Below are positions 26,782 to 42,343 of a stretch of 64,000 nucleotides of DNA, in pieces; positions within the stretch are counted from its first letter, which is position 1; every line of letters begins with the position of its first letter. Both the position numbers and the translations under genes were made by a program. The notes beneath the pieces were generated by a model, which did not search any database, was not told the DNA's origin, and saw only the letters and a program-made list of their open reading frames with translations. The DNA is from the human T2T-CHM13v2.0 reference genome, Homo sapiens, in the NCBI RefSeq assembly GCF_009914755.1, contig NC_060925.1, one strand, 5' to 3'.

Positions 26782-29700
26782 TAATTTATCATTGATAAAA
26801 GAAAAACTGTTTTAAACATAGTGTAGCCTTAAGTGTACAGTGTTTCTAAAGTCTACAGTAATGTACAGTAATGTCCTAGGCCCTCACATTCACTCACTAC
26901 TCACTGACTCACCCAGAGCAACTTCCAGTCCTGCAAGTTCCATTCATGGTAAGTGTCCTATTTGTATAGCATTTTAAATCTTTTATACCATATTTTTACT
27001 ACACTTTTTCCATGTTTAGGTACACAAATACTTACCATTGTAGTACAATTGCCTACAGTATGCTATTCAGGGTTGTAGCCTCAGAGTCCTCGACTGTACC
27101 ATACAGCCTAGCTGTGTAGTAGACTATGCCATCTAGGTTTGTACAAGTACATTCTATGATGATTGCAGGATGAAATCGTGTAAGGGCACATTTCTCAGAA
27201 CGTATCCTCATCATTAAGCGACACATGACTGTTTCTATTTTTGTCCCATACTTTTTCCTTTTGTTCTTACTCTTTCCTATGTTACTAAATATTTATCAAG
27301 ATCATATGTTTATTCATTTAAATCATTCTTTTCACCTTTTTATTTGACAAGTAACTGTTCAACTGTACTGTACTGTGTCTTCTTTTTTCTCTCTTCTCCA
27401 ATCTGCCAGCAGAACTCTAAGGCCCTAGTGGGTGCATCTCCAGGAGGATGCTGCAGGGTTTCTAAAACATTGTGCTGAGTACTGGGAATACAGTGATGAA
27501 AATGGTCAGCACACCTTGCTCTTCCTGGCCTCATGTGGTTTCTTAATGACTCTGTGTACTAGCAGGTCCATAAAGCTTCAAGTATCAGCCATGCTTATAG
27601 TCTCTCTAGGAAAAGGGGTCCCAGGCAGTTCTTTCTCCAGGAAGTAGTTATACCTTGTCAACTACATGCATTCAGTGAAGCCAGCTCTGCTTCCCTAGAG
27701 AAAACTGATGGCATCAGGGACCAGTGCCTAAGCCTGAGCTGCCCAGCAAGGATAGTGTCTTAGCAGGAGGGTAGCCAACTGAATGGCCACTGGAGGAATG
27801 AGAGCAGAGGCCCCATCCATGTGGTCTCTGAAATGATGAGAAAGCAATGTTCAAATCTTCTACCAGGGCTGAAGTAGGTTCCAATGTACAAAATGTTGGG
27901 AGCTGGAGAGATTGATCCACTAGTGAGGCAGTATTGGGAATTTTACCACTTCTCCATGTGGCACAGCCACAAAATCCTATTACCCTCAACTTTTTTGGGT
28001 TTGTGGCTGTGGCACAGAAGGTGGGCTATCTACCAGAAATGTGTGTTCCTCTTTTCATTGTGTAGAGTTTTGGCCGCTCAGCTAGGGATTATATTTCTAC
28101 CACCTCATACCCCTAGGTAGGACTATGTGACTAGCCACCAACACAATGGGACTGGAAGTGATATGTGTCACTTGCAGGCCAAGGCAGTAAAGAGGTGACT
28201 TTCCCATATTCTTTCTCTCCACCTGACAGGACTCCAAGGCTCTAAGGATGGAAGAGTCATAATTGGAAAGAGCCTGGGTACCTGAATCACTGTATGGAGG
28301 AAAATCACTTGCTGAGCAGGAACATCCTCATTGGACTAGCTATGTGGGTGAGAAAGAACCTTGGAATTTGAATGTTTATTTGCTACAGCATAACCTTAAC
28401 AAAGTGCTGGTATTGAGTGCTAGTATTTTTGGCTGCACATTTGAAAGGATTAATTTGCATGTGTAGTAATTACACTATTATACTGATGACACCTCAGCAT
28501 AGTGTCATTGTTTGAGCAGAACTACTTACTGCCCTGGTCACTTTTTTAGATACTTATGAAGCAAAGTTCACACAGGTCTTAGCAAATGCATAGTGTCATT
28601 GTTTCTTGATGTGTATCAAGCTGTGCCCTGTACCACATGGAAACCTGTGAAAACCCAGCTCAACATTCTGTCTGCCCAGACACCATGTCAACAGCATGAA
28701 TCATAGTTGTATAAACTTTACCTACCAATTGCAATACCTTGGGAAGGAGTCTCAGCACTTCTTCCTGCCTCCTCAGTTGAGAATCACTGATTTACAGTGA
28801 TCTGGTCAAGACTTTTTGCTGGCAATCCAAAAAGGAAGACAAACCAACCAACCCAGGTATGGCTGTATTAGTAGCCCCTAAATAGGGAAATCCTATAATT
28901 TGTTAAACATTTCCCATATTTTTTTGAACATTTCGGTTGTTTCTAATTTTTTACTGTCAAAGCTAACTATATATCAGAGACTACTTTTGAATAAATATAT
29001 CTGCCCTCATGTTTGTTTCCTTATGATATGTTTCTATCAGGACCTATCTTTTTTCACTTATTTATGTGGATTTTAAGGGACAAGTAGGAATAAGCCCCAT
29101 TGTGTGGGGGCAGACAGGAGGGAAAGGCATGTGCCTGATGGAGTTGTGAGGTACTATGTCTGTGCCAGGAACTACCTGCTGTTCTGCATGAGGAGAGTGC
29201 AGCGTCCTTTAGAGTCTTGGATGGGGATGAGTCTTGAGAGAAGGTGTCTTTCCTGGGGTGCCTGAGATATTCTGCTAAGGAGTTTCCTAAGGTAATAAGA
29301 GCCGCTAAAGAATGTGAAAAAGGGCATTATTAGCTGCATGGCTCTGGGCAATTCATTTCACCACTATGAACCTGGGTCTCCACCTATCTTCTGGGATGAT
29401 GGAAAAGACTGAACCATCTAATGAACTTGAAGCCATCCAGCTCAGCAAGCAGCAGGTTCTGGAAGGCAGATCCCCACCTCCTCTGTGTGATCTCCCACTC
29501 TGTGGAGGGGCAGTTGTCAGGAAGCCAAACAGGGCTCTTCTGTCACCCAGGGTTTCTAGTGTGTGTGATTCGTGAATGCCTTTCAGCAGACTTCTGTCTA
29601 GGGTACTGGGAGGACTCCACCAAGGCTGTGCTTGCTGTGCTAACATATCTCTTGCAGCTGCAGAAGCTGAAGAAGTGTAGCTTTTTAAATTTGTTTTTAA

Positions 29701-29893
29701 AAATAGGATAGCTGTTAGATTGGGGTCGAAAACCACCTGTCTTCTCCTACAGGTGAGCTGCAAATTCTAACAATTATAATCTATCAAATATTTACTGTGT
29801 ACCTACTAATTCCTGGCATGTTATGGGTCCTGGAGATATGTCAATGACTAAGACAAATTTCTGCACTCACAGGCCTTACATTATAGTGGGAAA

Positions 29894-30361
29894 TGATGCA
29901 GGCAACCCCCAAAGTGGAGCTTAGCCCACTGGGTTCTTGGCTTTGCCTAGGAAATTCAAGGGCAAGCCAGAGGTAGAAGAAAACAGCTTTAGTGAAGAGG
30001 CAGTGTTATAGCTCCATGAGTACTCCTACAGAGCAGGGCTACCCAGTAGGCACAGAGCAGCAGCTCAGGGCAGTTTTGCAGTTGTATTTATATAACCCAC
30101 TTTTAATTGCATGCAGATTAAGGGGTGGTTTAATGCAGAAATTTCTAGGGAAGGGGTAGTAGATTTTGGGTCATTGGGGCATTGCCATGGAAAGGGGTAG
30201 TAACTGCCCAGATATTGCCATGGCAATGGTAAATTGACATGGCACACTAATGGGCATGTCTGATTGAAAGCTGCTTTTGCCCAAGCCCTGTTTTAGCTAG
30301 TCCTCAATCTGATCTGGTGTCTGAGCTCCGCCTCTGGCATCAAGTCCCACCTCCTACCTCA
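29894..30361 (-). mobile_element. Solo ERV1-class LTR (LTR15/MER83-like)
   Basis: TG...CA termini; minus strand begins TGAGGTAGGAGGTGGGACTTGA; flanks ggaaa/ggaag; interrupts L2-like sequence. Confidence 0.75.
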
Positions 30362-31965
30362 GGAAGGCAAATAAAATAGAAATAGAGGGGAAAATGAAAC
30401 TAATACAAAAATTTGGTAAGTTTATAATGAGTGCCATCATGGGAAATCAAGAGTCTGAGTGAGAGAATTGAAGGGACCCATTTTAGGTAGGAAATCAGGA
30501 AAGACTTCTCTGAGAAGGGGATACTTAAATCCAGCCTTAGAGGAGGAAGAGAAACTAGGATTGCAAATAAAGGAGGGGTGGGAGGAAGTGTCCTAAGGGG
30601 AGGAAAAAGCCCATGAAAAGGCCCAGAGATGAGGAGAAGCTGGGTCTGTTAGAGGAATTGAAAAACCACTAGTGTGTCTGAAGCAAGGCAAGTGTGACAT
30701 GGGATGAGGCCGAGAGGGAGTACAGCTGAGCTACAGGGATCTGGTCAACCCTTTTTGTTGGTAATGGAAAAAATAAAACAATTATGTAATATAGTGGTTG
30801 TAAGTGCAGACTCTGGAGTTTCAGACAGGCTTGGGAGGAAATCACGTTTTCTCTGCCCCTCATTAGCTGTGTGATCTTGGACATGTCCTTTTCCAAGGAG
30901 AAGACAACTTACTCTTCACCTTCAGTGAAGTGATCAGGCAGAACGGAATGCTAGCTTGTCTGAATCCCAGTGTTTGGCACTCGGGGAGAACTCTGCAAGA
31001 CATGACCTGCCTATCATGGACTGTGGTCTGCCAGACTGATAGGGTGCATTTCTCCTCTCTTCATTAAAACTTGAGAGCAAGTGGTGTTCCAGGCAAACAT
31101 TTGGATGCTGTGTCAAAGGGAAACAGTTACTGAAGCCACAGATACTCTTTGTTCATTGATGATACTGGAATGTGGCTGGGGAGAGCTCAGACCCACAGAA
31201 ATTGGACTCTGTGGGGCCCCAGTGACTCAAACCCCTTGTGAAATGCTGGCTGCTTGGTATGAACTGACGCCTCAACAATGTTAGCAGCAGCTAGCTCTGG
31301 GGTTTCTGGGCAGTCCTATTGGCTGAAAGCTGGGGAGGCTGCCATAAGGCTTTCTGGAAATATTTAAAATGGACAATTTACTGGGAAAGGGTGTGTTCTT
31401 GCTTTGTAGCTAATGCTGTGGGACCCTCTGGTGGCCACAGTGGGAATAGCTTGACAGTGGGGTTTACTTTCTCTTGAGTGGCCCAGGCAGGAAATCCTTG
31501 GCTGGAAACCAGAGGATTGAATATGGGGCTGGAAAGATTACCTAGTTGGCTTGAGATGGAGGCTGTGATTTAGGTTGACATCCTACCCCATTTTCTCTTG
31601 CTTTTGGCAGCATTTCTCTGGGCTTGAGCAGTGAGAAAAGTAATGCTCTGTGTACAAGACGCCAAAAAAAAAAATATATATATATATATATATAGGTGAA
31701 AATAGGTTGTTAAGTTGAACTAGTGTCTGGTACCATATGGACCAAAACCTCAGTTTGAGCATAGGATTCCACCAGTTTTATTGGTTGACTTTTAAGTGAA
31801 TTCATTCTAACAGCTTTGAGCACAGATATTCTGAAAGCTAAAGTGCTTAGCTGTTGGAGGATGTACTGGCTGGTAATTAGTGGGGCATCTGTGAGGTCTT
31901 GTATCATGTGACCAATGTATGGTCATATGACCAACATATGGCCATTTGATAGAAGAACACAAATG

Positions 31966-32314
<349 letters not shown>

Positions 32315-33037
32315 TTAACACAATAATTTTATATTCTATGAAGTTCTGTCTCATATGTTATCTTATTTGTTTCTTATGATCACTCCAAGAAATATTTTAG
32401 GTCGATTAGTGCTATGATTGTAGTAATAATTATTGTGGTTTATGTATATTATCTGTAAATCTAACAAAAGCCCTGTAAAATAGATAGCCAGTCTGTTTTC
32501 AGATGTGGAAAGGAAGCTCAGAGAGGCTACATAACTTCCCTAAGGGCATTGATATAGTCCTATTGGAACCCAGATAAGCTTAGTCTCAAAGCCTCCCCTC
32601 TTGTCACCACCCGACTCTGCCTTACTCTTGGTAGAACCACAGCGATGACAGCTGCTTGGGAACATAACCACAATCTGGGCAGGAACATGAGAAGTGTTCA
32701 CAACCAGCACTGAGGTGAGGTAGCATGTGTGGGCAGTGCTGCACGGGGGACTTCAGAACAGCAGGCTCCCTCTTGGCTGGACTCTTAAGAATAACTTCAT
32801 GGGTGACATAGGATTTGAAGTGAGATTTGTAGGTTGGGTCAGATTTGATAGGCTTGATTGAGCATATGGGACAGGGGCTGAGAGAAGAGTAGTCCTGGGG
32901 GAGGAGTAACACGAGGGAAGATGCCAAGGGGAGTATGCACAGGACACACTGGAGGAACAGCAAGAGTGGCTAGAAAGAGGGATTGGGTGAGGGATGAGGG
33001 CTAGATTATTGATGCTTTTGAATTCCAGGCTAAAAAA

Positions 33038-33184
33038 TTGACCACTCTGCAATGAAACCTAAGCTTTTTTTTTCTGGCTTCTGATTCTCTCTCAAAATTT
33101 ACCAGTCTCTGGAGCTGCTTGTGTCTTTAAGCAGAGATCATCCTATAGCCCTCAGCTCTTCCCAGCCTCCTTCTCCTTTGATCA
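33038..33184 (+). repeat. Copy 1 of a ~145-bp near-identical local duplication
   Basis: ttgaccactctgcaatgaaacctaagc...cccagcctccttct...ttgatc recurs at 36817-36961. Confidence 0.97.
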
Positions 33185-34780
33185 CTGTGTTGGTAGACAC
33201 AGTGAAATCATAGAGGGAGGGACCACGGCCAGCTGTGGAGGAGAGAGCAGCTGTGATGTGAGAATGGGGTGAAGCTGGGAGAAAATGAGGGCCAGGAGAT
33301 GAGGGAGGCCCACCCTGGAATGATGGTGGCAAGGGTGGATGAGAAGGTACAGATTTGAGAGAAAGAACAGGAAGAATCTGCAGGCTACTGCTACTGAGCT
33401 CTTGGCCATAGGGAGAGGAAGGAGCAGAACTGCCAGAAGTTTTCAGACCTGGACACCTTGTGCTCTGGTGCCTGCCAAATGCAGGGAGGAGCACTGGTTT
33501 GGGAAGGAAGGTGCAGACTAAGCTGCTAAGCTGCTGGTGGGGTTTCTTAGGTGAAAACAACCTGCTTTGTGATTAGTCTTAAGTTGTTTGCCCCACCCCT
33601 GACGTGGTGACCTGCAAGGAAGGGTGTGTAGACACTGGTTCTCTCAGTTGTCGGTTCATAGATAACTCTTTCCTGGGCAACACTCTATGGCTCCCTGCAC
33701 AGCTTACAGTCAGGCTGGAACTCTGGCAGGATGTCTGGCTCCAGCATAGTTTTCCCCAGCCAGGCTCAGCCATCTAGTGGTGAGGGCATTAGATTGGGAG
33801 TCTGTCATTTGGCTGTAGCTGCTGGGCTGGGTGCTGTGGGGAATGCACAGATGAAGGCGGCATGGTCCTTCCGTTTGAGGAATTCACACTCCAGGTGAGG
33901 AGACAAGTGGTGATGGAAGGCAGTGAAAGGAGGCCAGAAGGTAGACATACTGGCTGGGGACAGATTGTAGGACCAGACAGCCGCTAGGATTTGGCCAGAT
34001 GTGATTTCCACCATGAAGCCTCCCCAACCTCACCTAGACTGGGGTTGGGTGTTGCTCCTTTAGCCTCTCGTGGCCCTTATCATAGAGTAGGGAAATTGCC
34101 TATCTGTTCATTTGTCTCCCTTGATGCTTGTTGGTTCATTGGGGAGAGATTTCTCTTGGTGTGTTGTGTGTTCTGAGCAGAGTATGCTCTCAGTGGATTT
34201 TGGCAGGAACCATAAATTAGTGATCAACACAGGATGATAAGAAGAGTGGTCCTGAGGCATCTGAGGAAGGGAAGAGTGCAATGATGGAAGTGTCCCTATA
34301 GCCCACATCAGCCTGAGCATGCTCAGTTTCTCTTTTTTGAAAAACATGACTTAAAATTTATCATCTATTCCAGCAAAGAAATGAGTTAAAATGTTTTAAA
34401 ACACATTCAAACTTTTTAGCTTAATCTGTTCTTAAACCATAACAGTAAATACATTATCCGTGACTGTTGTGAAGGTCTATTCCTGATAGAAAAGCTTCCT
34501 GGTATGAGACACCTGTCCATCAACTTGACCCGACACATGATCATGCATATTTTTTCTTGTTACTATTTCATGGTGGCAGCTGTGGTGAAGTGGAAGGCAG
34601 ATTAGACAATCGATTTGAGCTCTGGTTCTCTCATTCATTAGCTTTGTGACCTAAGGCAAGTCACTTAACCTCCCTGCACATATTTCTTCATATTCAAAAT
34701 GAATATGAATATATATATATATATATAATAACGACTATTTGAGAAACCCATTATATTTTACAAATCCATTTTTTTGTATA

Positions 34781-34991
34781 CAGATGTTCCGCAGCTTATG
34801 ATGGGGTTATGTCCAGGTAAACTCATCATAAATTGAAAGTATTGTAAATTGAAAATTCAGCCCAGAGACTTTTTGGTAAAGAATCACCAATATTTAAAGT
34901 CTGAAACTTTGTGGTTGTGTATTGCTTTTGCAACATCAGAAAGTCAAAAAGTCTTTGTTAAGTTGAACCATTGTAGGTTAGGGATTGTCTG
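34781..34991 (+). mobile_element. Tigger4/MER46-type short DNA transposon
   Basis: TA-cagatgttccgcagcttatgatggggtta...aaccattgtaggttagggattgtctg-TA; imperfect terminal inverted repeats and TA duplications. Confidence 0.75.
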
Positions 34992-35242
34992 TATTTATTC
35001 AGGTACTTGCTGAGTGCCAACTCTATGCCTGGCACTACCTAAACACTGTGGATACAGAAATAAAGATACAGTCCCTACCTTTGGAATCCCAGTCTAACAG
35101 GGCAGGAAGACAAATAAAGCAACACTTACTTCTTATTATCATGGCCGAGGTGACTCTGATTGTTGCTGGAGTGCAGAACAGAAAGCAGAGATATCTGGAC
35201 CTTATGGGGTGTTAGGGAGGCTTCCTGGAGGAGGAGGTACTT

Positions 35243-35302
35243 AAAGATAATCTTGACAGATAAGTAAGAGCCAAAGAAAATCTTGACAGATAAGTAAGAG
35301 CC
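35243..35302 (+). repeat. 30-bp tandem duplication
   Basis: aaaga(t/a)aatcttgacagataagtaagagcc twice, one mismatch. Confidence 0.95.
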
Positions 35303-35772
35303 AGTCAAGGAAGGTGAGGAAAATAAAGTAAGGGAGAAGCCCCTGGAGAAATACAGATGATTTGGAGGTTTGTAGGTGCGTGGGGTGTGTGTTCGGAGGC
35401 TGCAGGAGATCAGGACATGGAAACCACAAAGGGCCAGATCACTAAGAGCCTCCGATGCTGAATAAAGACATTTGAGCCTTATTTTGAGTGAGGAGACATT
35501 GAAAGTTTAACACTTATATATTTATATTTCTGATTATAAAGTTACTGAGTATCCGCTGAGAGAAAAATGAAAAATACAGAAACATATAAAGAAAAAAGGG
35601 ATATCCAGAGACAACCATTGTGCATATTTTGGTAAATACACTTGGTGATATATATATAGCACTATAGCTCCATAGCTATAGATATGGCCATATGTCTATA
35701 TCACCAAATATCTATCTATCTGTATATAGATATAACTAGATATCCTGGCTACTTAAGGTGTAGTCTGAAGTG

Positions 35773-36047
35773 ACATGGTTCACCTGCCAGTATAATGGTT
35801 TAAGAGACTGGCCACTTTTGAAAGCCCCTCATGTTTCTCATTCCGATATCTTCTAGGATTAAAAATTTATAGGCCACAATTGAATAATTCTTGGTTACCC
35901 AGGACCTTGTGGCGGATGCCTTCTTTCACTGAGCATTCATGGGGCGCCTATAAGGTGCCAGACCCTACTCTGTGATAGGGATCCCATTGTAAGCAAATCT
36001 CAGGTCACTGCCCCATGGAGCCCACCTCTGTAGGGATCGAAAGTGGG
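35773..36047 (+). repeat. Copy A of a ~270-bp diverged direct repeat
   Basis: Colinear with 53013-53278; shared blocks include ctgccagtataatg, tggccacttttgaa, ggatgccttctttcactgagcattca and catggagcccacctctg. Confidence 0.92.
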
Positions 36048-36153
36048 CAGAGATATAGGGGCACAGCCAGTTTGTGTCCTTCCCAGGTGCATGCCTACTG
36101 GGTCCTGGGGGACTGGAAGCAAGTGCAAGCAGTGAAATACTCTGAAGCAAGGC

Positions 36154-36317
36154 ATTAGCTGGGCATGGTGGCACATGCCTGTGGTCCCAGCTCCTCGGGA
36201 GGCTGAGGTGGGAGGATCACCTGAGCTTGGGAAGTTGAGGCTGCAGTGAGCCAAGATAGTGCCACTGCACTCCAGCATGGGTGACACAGTGAGACCTTGT
36301 CTTAAGAAAAAAAAAAA
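36154..36317 (+). mobile_element. Alu right monomer (FRAM/AluJ-like)
   Basis: attagctgggcatggtggcac...gagaccttgtct plus A tail. Confidence 0.88.
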
Positions 36318-36682
36318 GAGGCAAATGGATGACTCCAGACCTAGGGGCTGAGGCCCCCCCTGCAGCGGGGCAGCTTCTGAGGCAGATGAAGAGCAGCAGG
36401 GAAAGTCGTGGCCTGGTGTTCCCTGTCGCAGTGCCCCAACTCATTCCTGTGGATGTCTAAACTTGCCCAAAGGCAAAACTCAATGTCTCTGGCTCCAGTC
36501 GATTTTGAATGTGTTTCAGAGGAGTATAGAGGGGTTGGGGAGCCCCCTGTCACCATATGGTAACAGTATATGGTTTAGCATTATTGTGTCTCTGTGCTAT
36601 AATTGGTTAGCACGTGGCTGTTTATGGAAAATACTGGTGGTTTAAGCCCACCCACGATGTTCTAGCCTTCACTCAAGTTTAT

Positions 36683-36818
36683 TTTCCTTCTCTCCTTTCC
36701 CTTTCTTCCCTTCCTTCCTTTCCTTTCTTTCCCTTCTTATGTCCCTTCCTCCCTTCCCTAACCTTTCCTTTCTTCCCTACCTCCTTTTCTTTCCTTCCCC
36801 TTCCCCCTTTCCTTTCTT
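36683..36818 (+). repeat. Polypyrimidine (CCTT-rich) low-complexity tract
   Basis: About 135 nt almost entirely C/T. Confidence 0.95.
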
Positions 36819-36961
36819 GACCACTCTGCAATGAAACCTAAGCTTTTTTTTTCTGGCTTCTGATTCTCTCTCAAAATTTACCAGTCTCTGGAGCCACTTG
36901 TTTCTTTAAGCAGAGAGATCATCCTATAGCCCTCAGCTCTTCCCAGCCTCCTTCTTTGATC
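36817..36961 (+). repeat. Copy 2 of the ~145-bp near-identical local duplication
   Basis: Differs from 33038-33184 by about 3 substitutions and 2 short indels. Confidence 0.97.
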
Positions 36962-37269
36962 TCTGGGCATCACTGGGGCAGCTGCTGAGTCTCAGGGGTT
37001 CCTAGTCTTCACCGAGTTCTGCCCTGAGATGGTTTCTCCCTGTCCTTACCAGAAGCCTGTGCTGTCTGGAGCACTGAGGCTGTCTCCAGCTAACTGATCT
37101 GCTCTCTGGATTCCAGGGACACCCACAGGGCCAGAGGTTGAAGGCATAGGCGTTGACATCTCCAACTGTTCTGACTCCAGGTTGGTGCACCTCAACACCC
37201 CGTATTAACCACATAATAACAGGATGCCACCAAAATTTTGATTTGGGGCTGTTGCATCCTAACTTTAAT

Positions 37270-39180
<1,911 letters not shown>

Positions 39181-40051
39181 TGGGGATTTTTCTGATCTTT
39201 ACTATGAGTACCTGGTTGGGCTCCTGGTGGTAAAACTTAGAAAACTGTGAGTTCCCCCTAAGTCTGGGCCCCAAGTTTTTAATGCTCAAGCCAGGCCACC
39301 CTCAGCTTCTAGAAATCTGTCAGTATCATTTATGTGCTCTTTCCAGTTGCTGGCTTCAGCATGTTCTCTTCCTGCTAACCTCTGATTCCCTGTATTTGCC
39401 TGTCTGTTTAGTTTTCAGGGTGGCAATTTGCCCTGTGACCTCTCCTCTAGTCCATCTAAGAAGGGTTGATAATTTTCAGTTTGTTGAGCTTTTTTCTTGT
39501 TGTGAGGACAAGTGGTGACTTCCTAACTCTTTACATGTTGGAGTAGAAACCGGAAATTTCATTTAAAAAATTACTTGTAATAAAAGTCATTAACTGTAAA
39601 TGTAGAATTTAGTCATTTAAGTAGATATATAGAATTTTGCAGCCATCACCTCAGTCCCCTCTTAGAATACATTTCTTACCTTCCCAAATTCTCCAGAGCC
39701 TCTTTGCGGTTATTTTCTAATCCCTGGTCACCATGATGGAGCCTGAACAAAATAAAAATTTGGAAAACAGACAACATTAAATTTAAACTTTTATTAGATT
39801 GGAATTTTATGTAATGGACCATTGTCTTACTTTTGTGGCAACTAGAAGAGATATTGTATTCTAAGGACTTTCTTTGGGGGAACTTAATAGTAGTCCTGTT
39901 TATTGCTGTCCTTGAATTGGTTCATTCGTGCTGCTGACTGATAGTTGCTATCAAACCTTATCTGGTGAGCACAAGTGAAAGAGCTAAAAAAAAAATCTTC
40001 TATTAGAAATGTAGATGATGAATTTACAGATAATGTTATGTGGAGTTAAGT

Positions 40052-40348
<297 letters not shown>

Positions 40349-40451
40349 CAGGAATTAAGTATTTTACCATCTTTTTTCTTTCAGAAATTTGGTTGGTAAC
40401 ATTGAAGAGACACTTCTCACCTGCCTGAAATGCCCTTCATTATCTTTTCAG

Positions 40452-40494
40452 GTTGCAAGGGCTCTGGAACAGCCCTTGCAGTACTCACATAAAG
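40452..40494 (+). other. Candidate 43-nt non-coding micro-exon
   Basis: Acceptor cttcattatcttttcAG and consensus donor AAG|GTGAGT; contains a 10-bp perfect hairpin. Confidence 0.4.
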
Positions 40495-40532
40495 GTGAGT
40501 ATAACACTTTACTGTAGTCCTGTGCTTTTCTA

Positions 40533-40883
<351 letters not shown>

Positions 40884-41347
40884 GAGTAGAGATAGGCATC
40901 TGTAACTAGTTTTCTGTTGCTGCCTATTAACACATTATAACAAGTTAGTGGTTTGAAACCACAGAAATCAGGAATGAAGTGATTGGGTTCTCTGATCAGG
41001 GTCTTAGGAGGCTGAAATCCAGTTATGGGTTGCCTGTGCTTTCATCTAGAGCTCAGGCTACTCTTCCAAGTTCACTACAGATGTATTGGCAGAATTCATC
41101 TTCTTGTCGGTGGAGGACTGAGATCCCTTTTTCTGTGCTGGCTCTCAGCCAGGAGACACCCTGATTCCAGACGCCACCTGCATTCTTTCTCACTTGGCCT
41201 TTCCCACCATACAACCAACAACAGCTCATGGAATTCTTCTCAAGCTTCCATCCTCTCTGACTTTGTCTTCTCCTACCCACTAGAGAAAGCTCTGGCACTT
41301 ATGGAGTGATGTGATGAGATCTGGCCCAGTCAGGAAAGCTCAGCCTT

Positions 41348-41705
41348 TGTATTAGTATGTTCTTGCAATGCTATAATTAACCACCCGAGACTGGGTAATT
41401 TATAAAGAAAAGAGGTTTAATTGGGTCATGGTTCTGTGGACTGTACAGGCTTCTGCTTCTGGGGAGGCCTCAGGAAACTTACAATCATGGCAGAAGCAGG
41501 AGAGAGAGAGAGAAGGGGGAAGTGCTACACACTTTTAAACAACCAGAACTCGTGGAAACTATCACGAGACACCACTTGGGGCATGGTGCTACGCCATTAG
41601 AAACCACCCCATGATCCAATAACCTCCTGCCAGGCCCCACCTCTAACATGCAGGATCACAATTCAACATGAGATTTGGGTGGGGACACAGAGCCAAACCA
41701 TATCA
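41348..41705 (-). mobile_element. MST (MSTA-like) solo LTR
   Basis: tgtattagt...gagactgggtaatttataaagaaaagaggtttaattg...gggacacagagccaaaccatatca. Confidence 0.88.
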
Positions 41706-42047
41706 CTCTTTCAAGTCATATAATTGCCATGTAACAACATGATTACAGGAATGATGTCTCACCACCTTAACAGGTCCCAGAGAGAAGGGTACAGCTTTTT
41801 GGAGACCATTTTAGAAATTCTGCTTATCACAGTTCAACTTCTCGTCCCCAGACATTCACGTTTCTCCCAGATGCAAAATACATTCATCCTCTCACCTAAG
41901 GTTCCCGAGTTTCATGTCATTAATGCATTAGTTCAAAGCGAAAAATGTCATGTAGATCTTATCTGATCAAAAGTTTAAAATCTCATCTAAATCGTCTATA
42001 CCAAGTGTGAACGAGGCTTCTGAGGGTGTCCATTAAGTACAGATCCT

Positions 42048-42343
42048 TTTTTTTTTTTTTTGAGGGAGTCTCTCTCTGTTGCCCATGCTGGAGTGCAGCA
42101 GCACAACCTTGGCTCACTGCAACCTCCACCTCCTGGGTTCAAGCAATTCTCTTGCTTTAGCCTCCCGAGAAGCTCGGATTACAGGCATGTCCACCACACC
42201 CAGCTAATTCTTTTGTATTTTTAGTAGACATGGGGTTTTGCCCTGTTGGCCAGGATGGTCTCGAACTCCTGACCTCAGGGGATCCATCTGCCTTGGCCTC
42301 CCAAAGTGCTAGGATTATAGGCATAGGCCACTGCACCCAGCCC
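42048..42343 (-). mobile_element. AluS element with TSD
   Basis: aagtacagatcctt at 42034-42047 and 42344-42357. Confidence 0.94.

Noticed and set aside
35243-35302. Short direct repeats of 24-31 bp as CRISPR-like arrays (also 6050-6097 and 44937-45030)
   Set aside because: Only two copies each, no spacer series, eukaryotic context; they are slippage or repair duplications.
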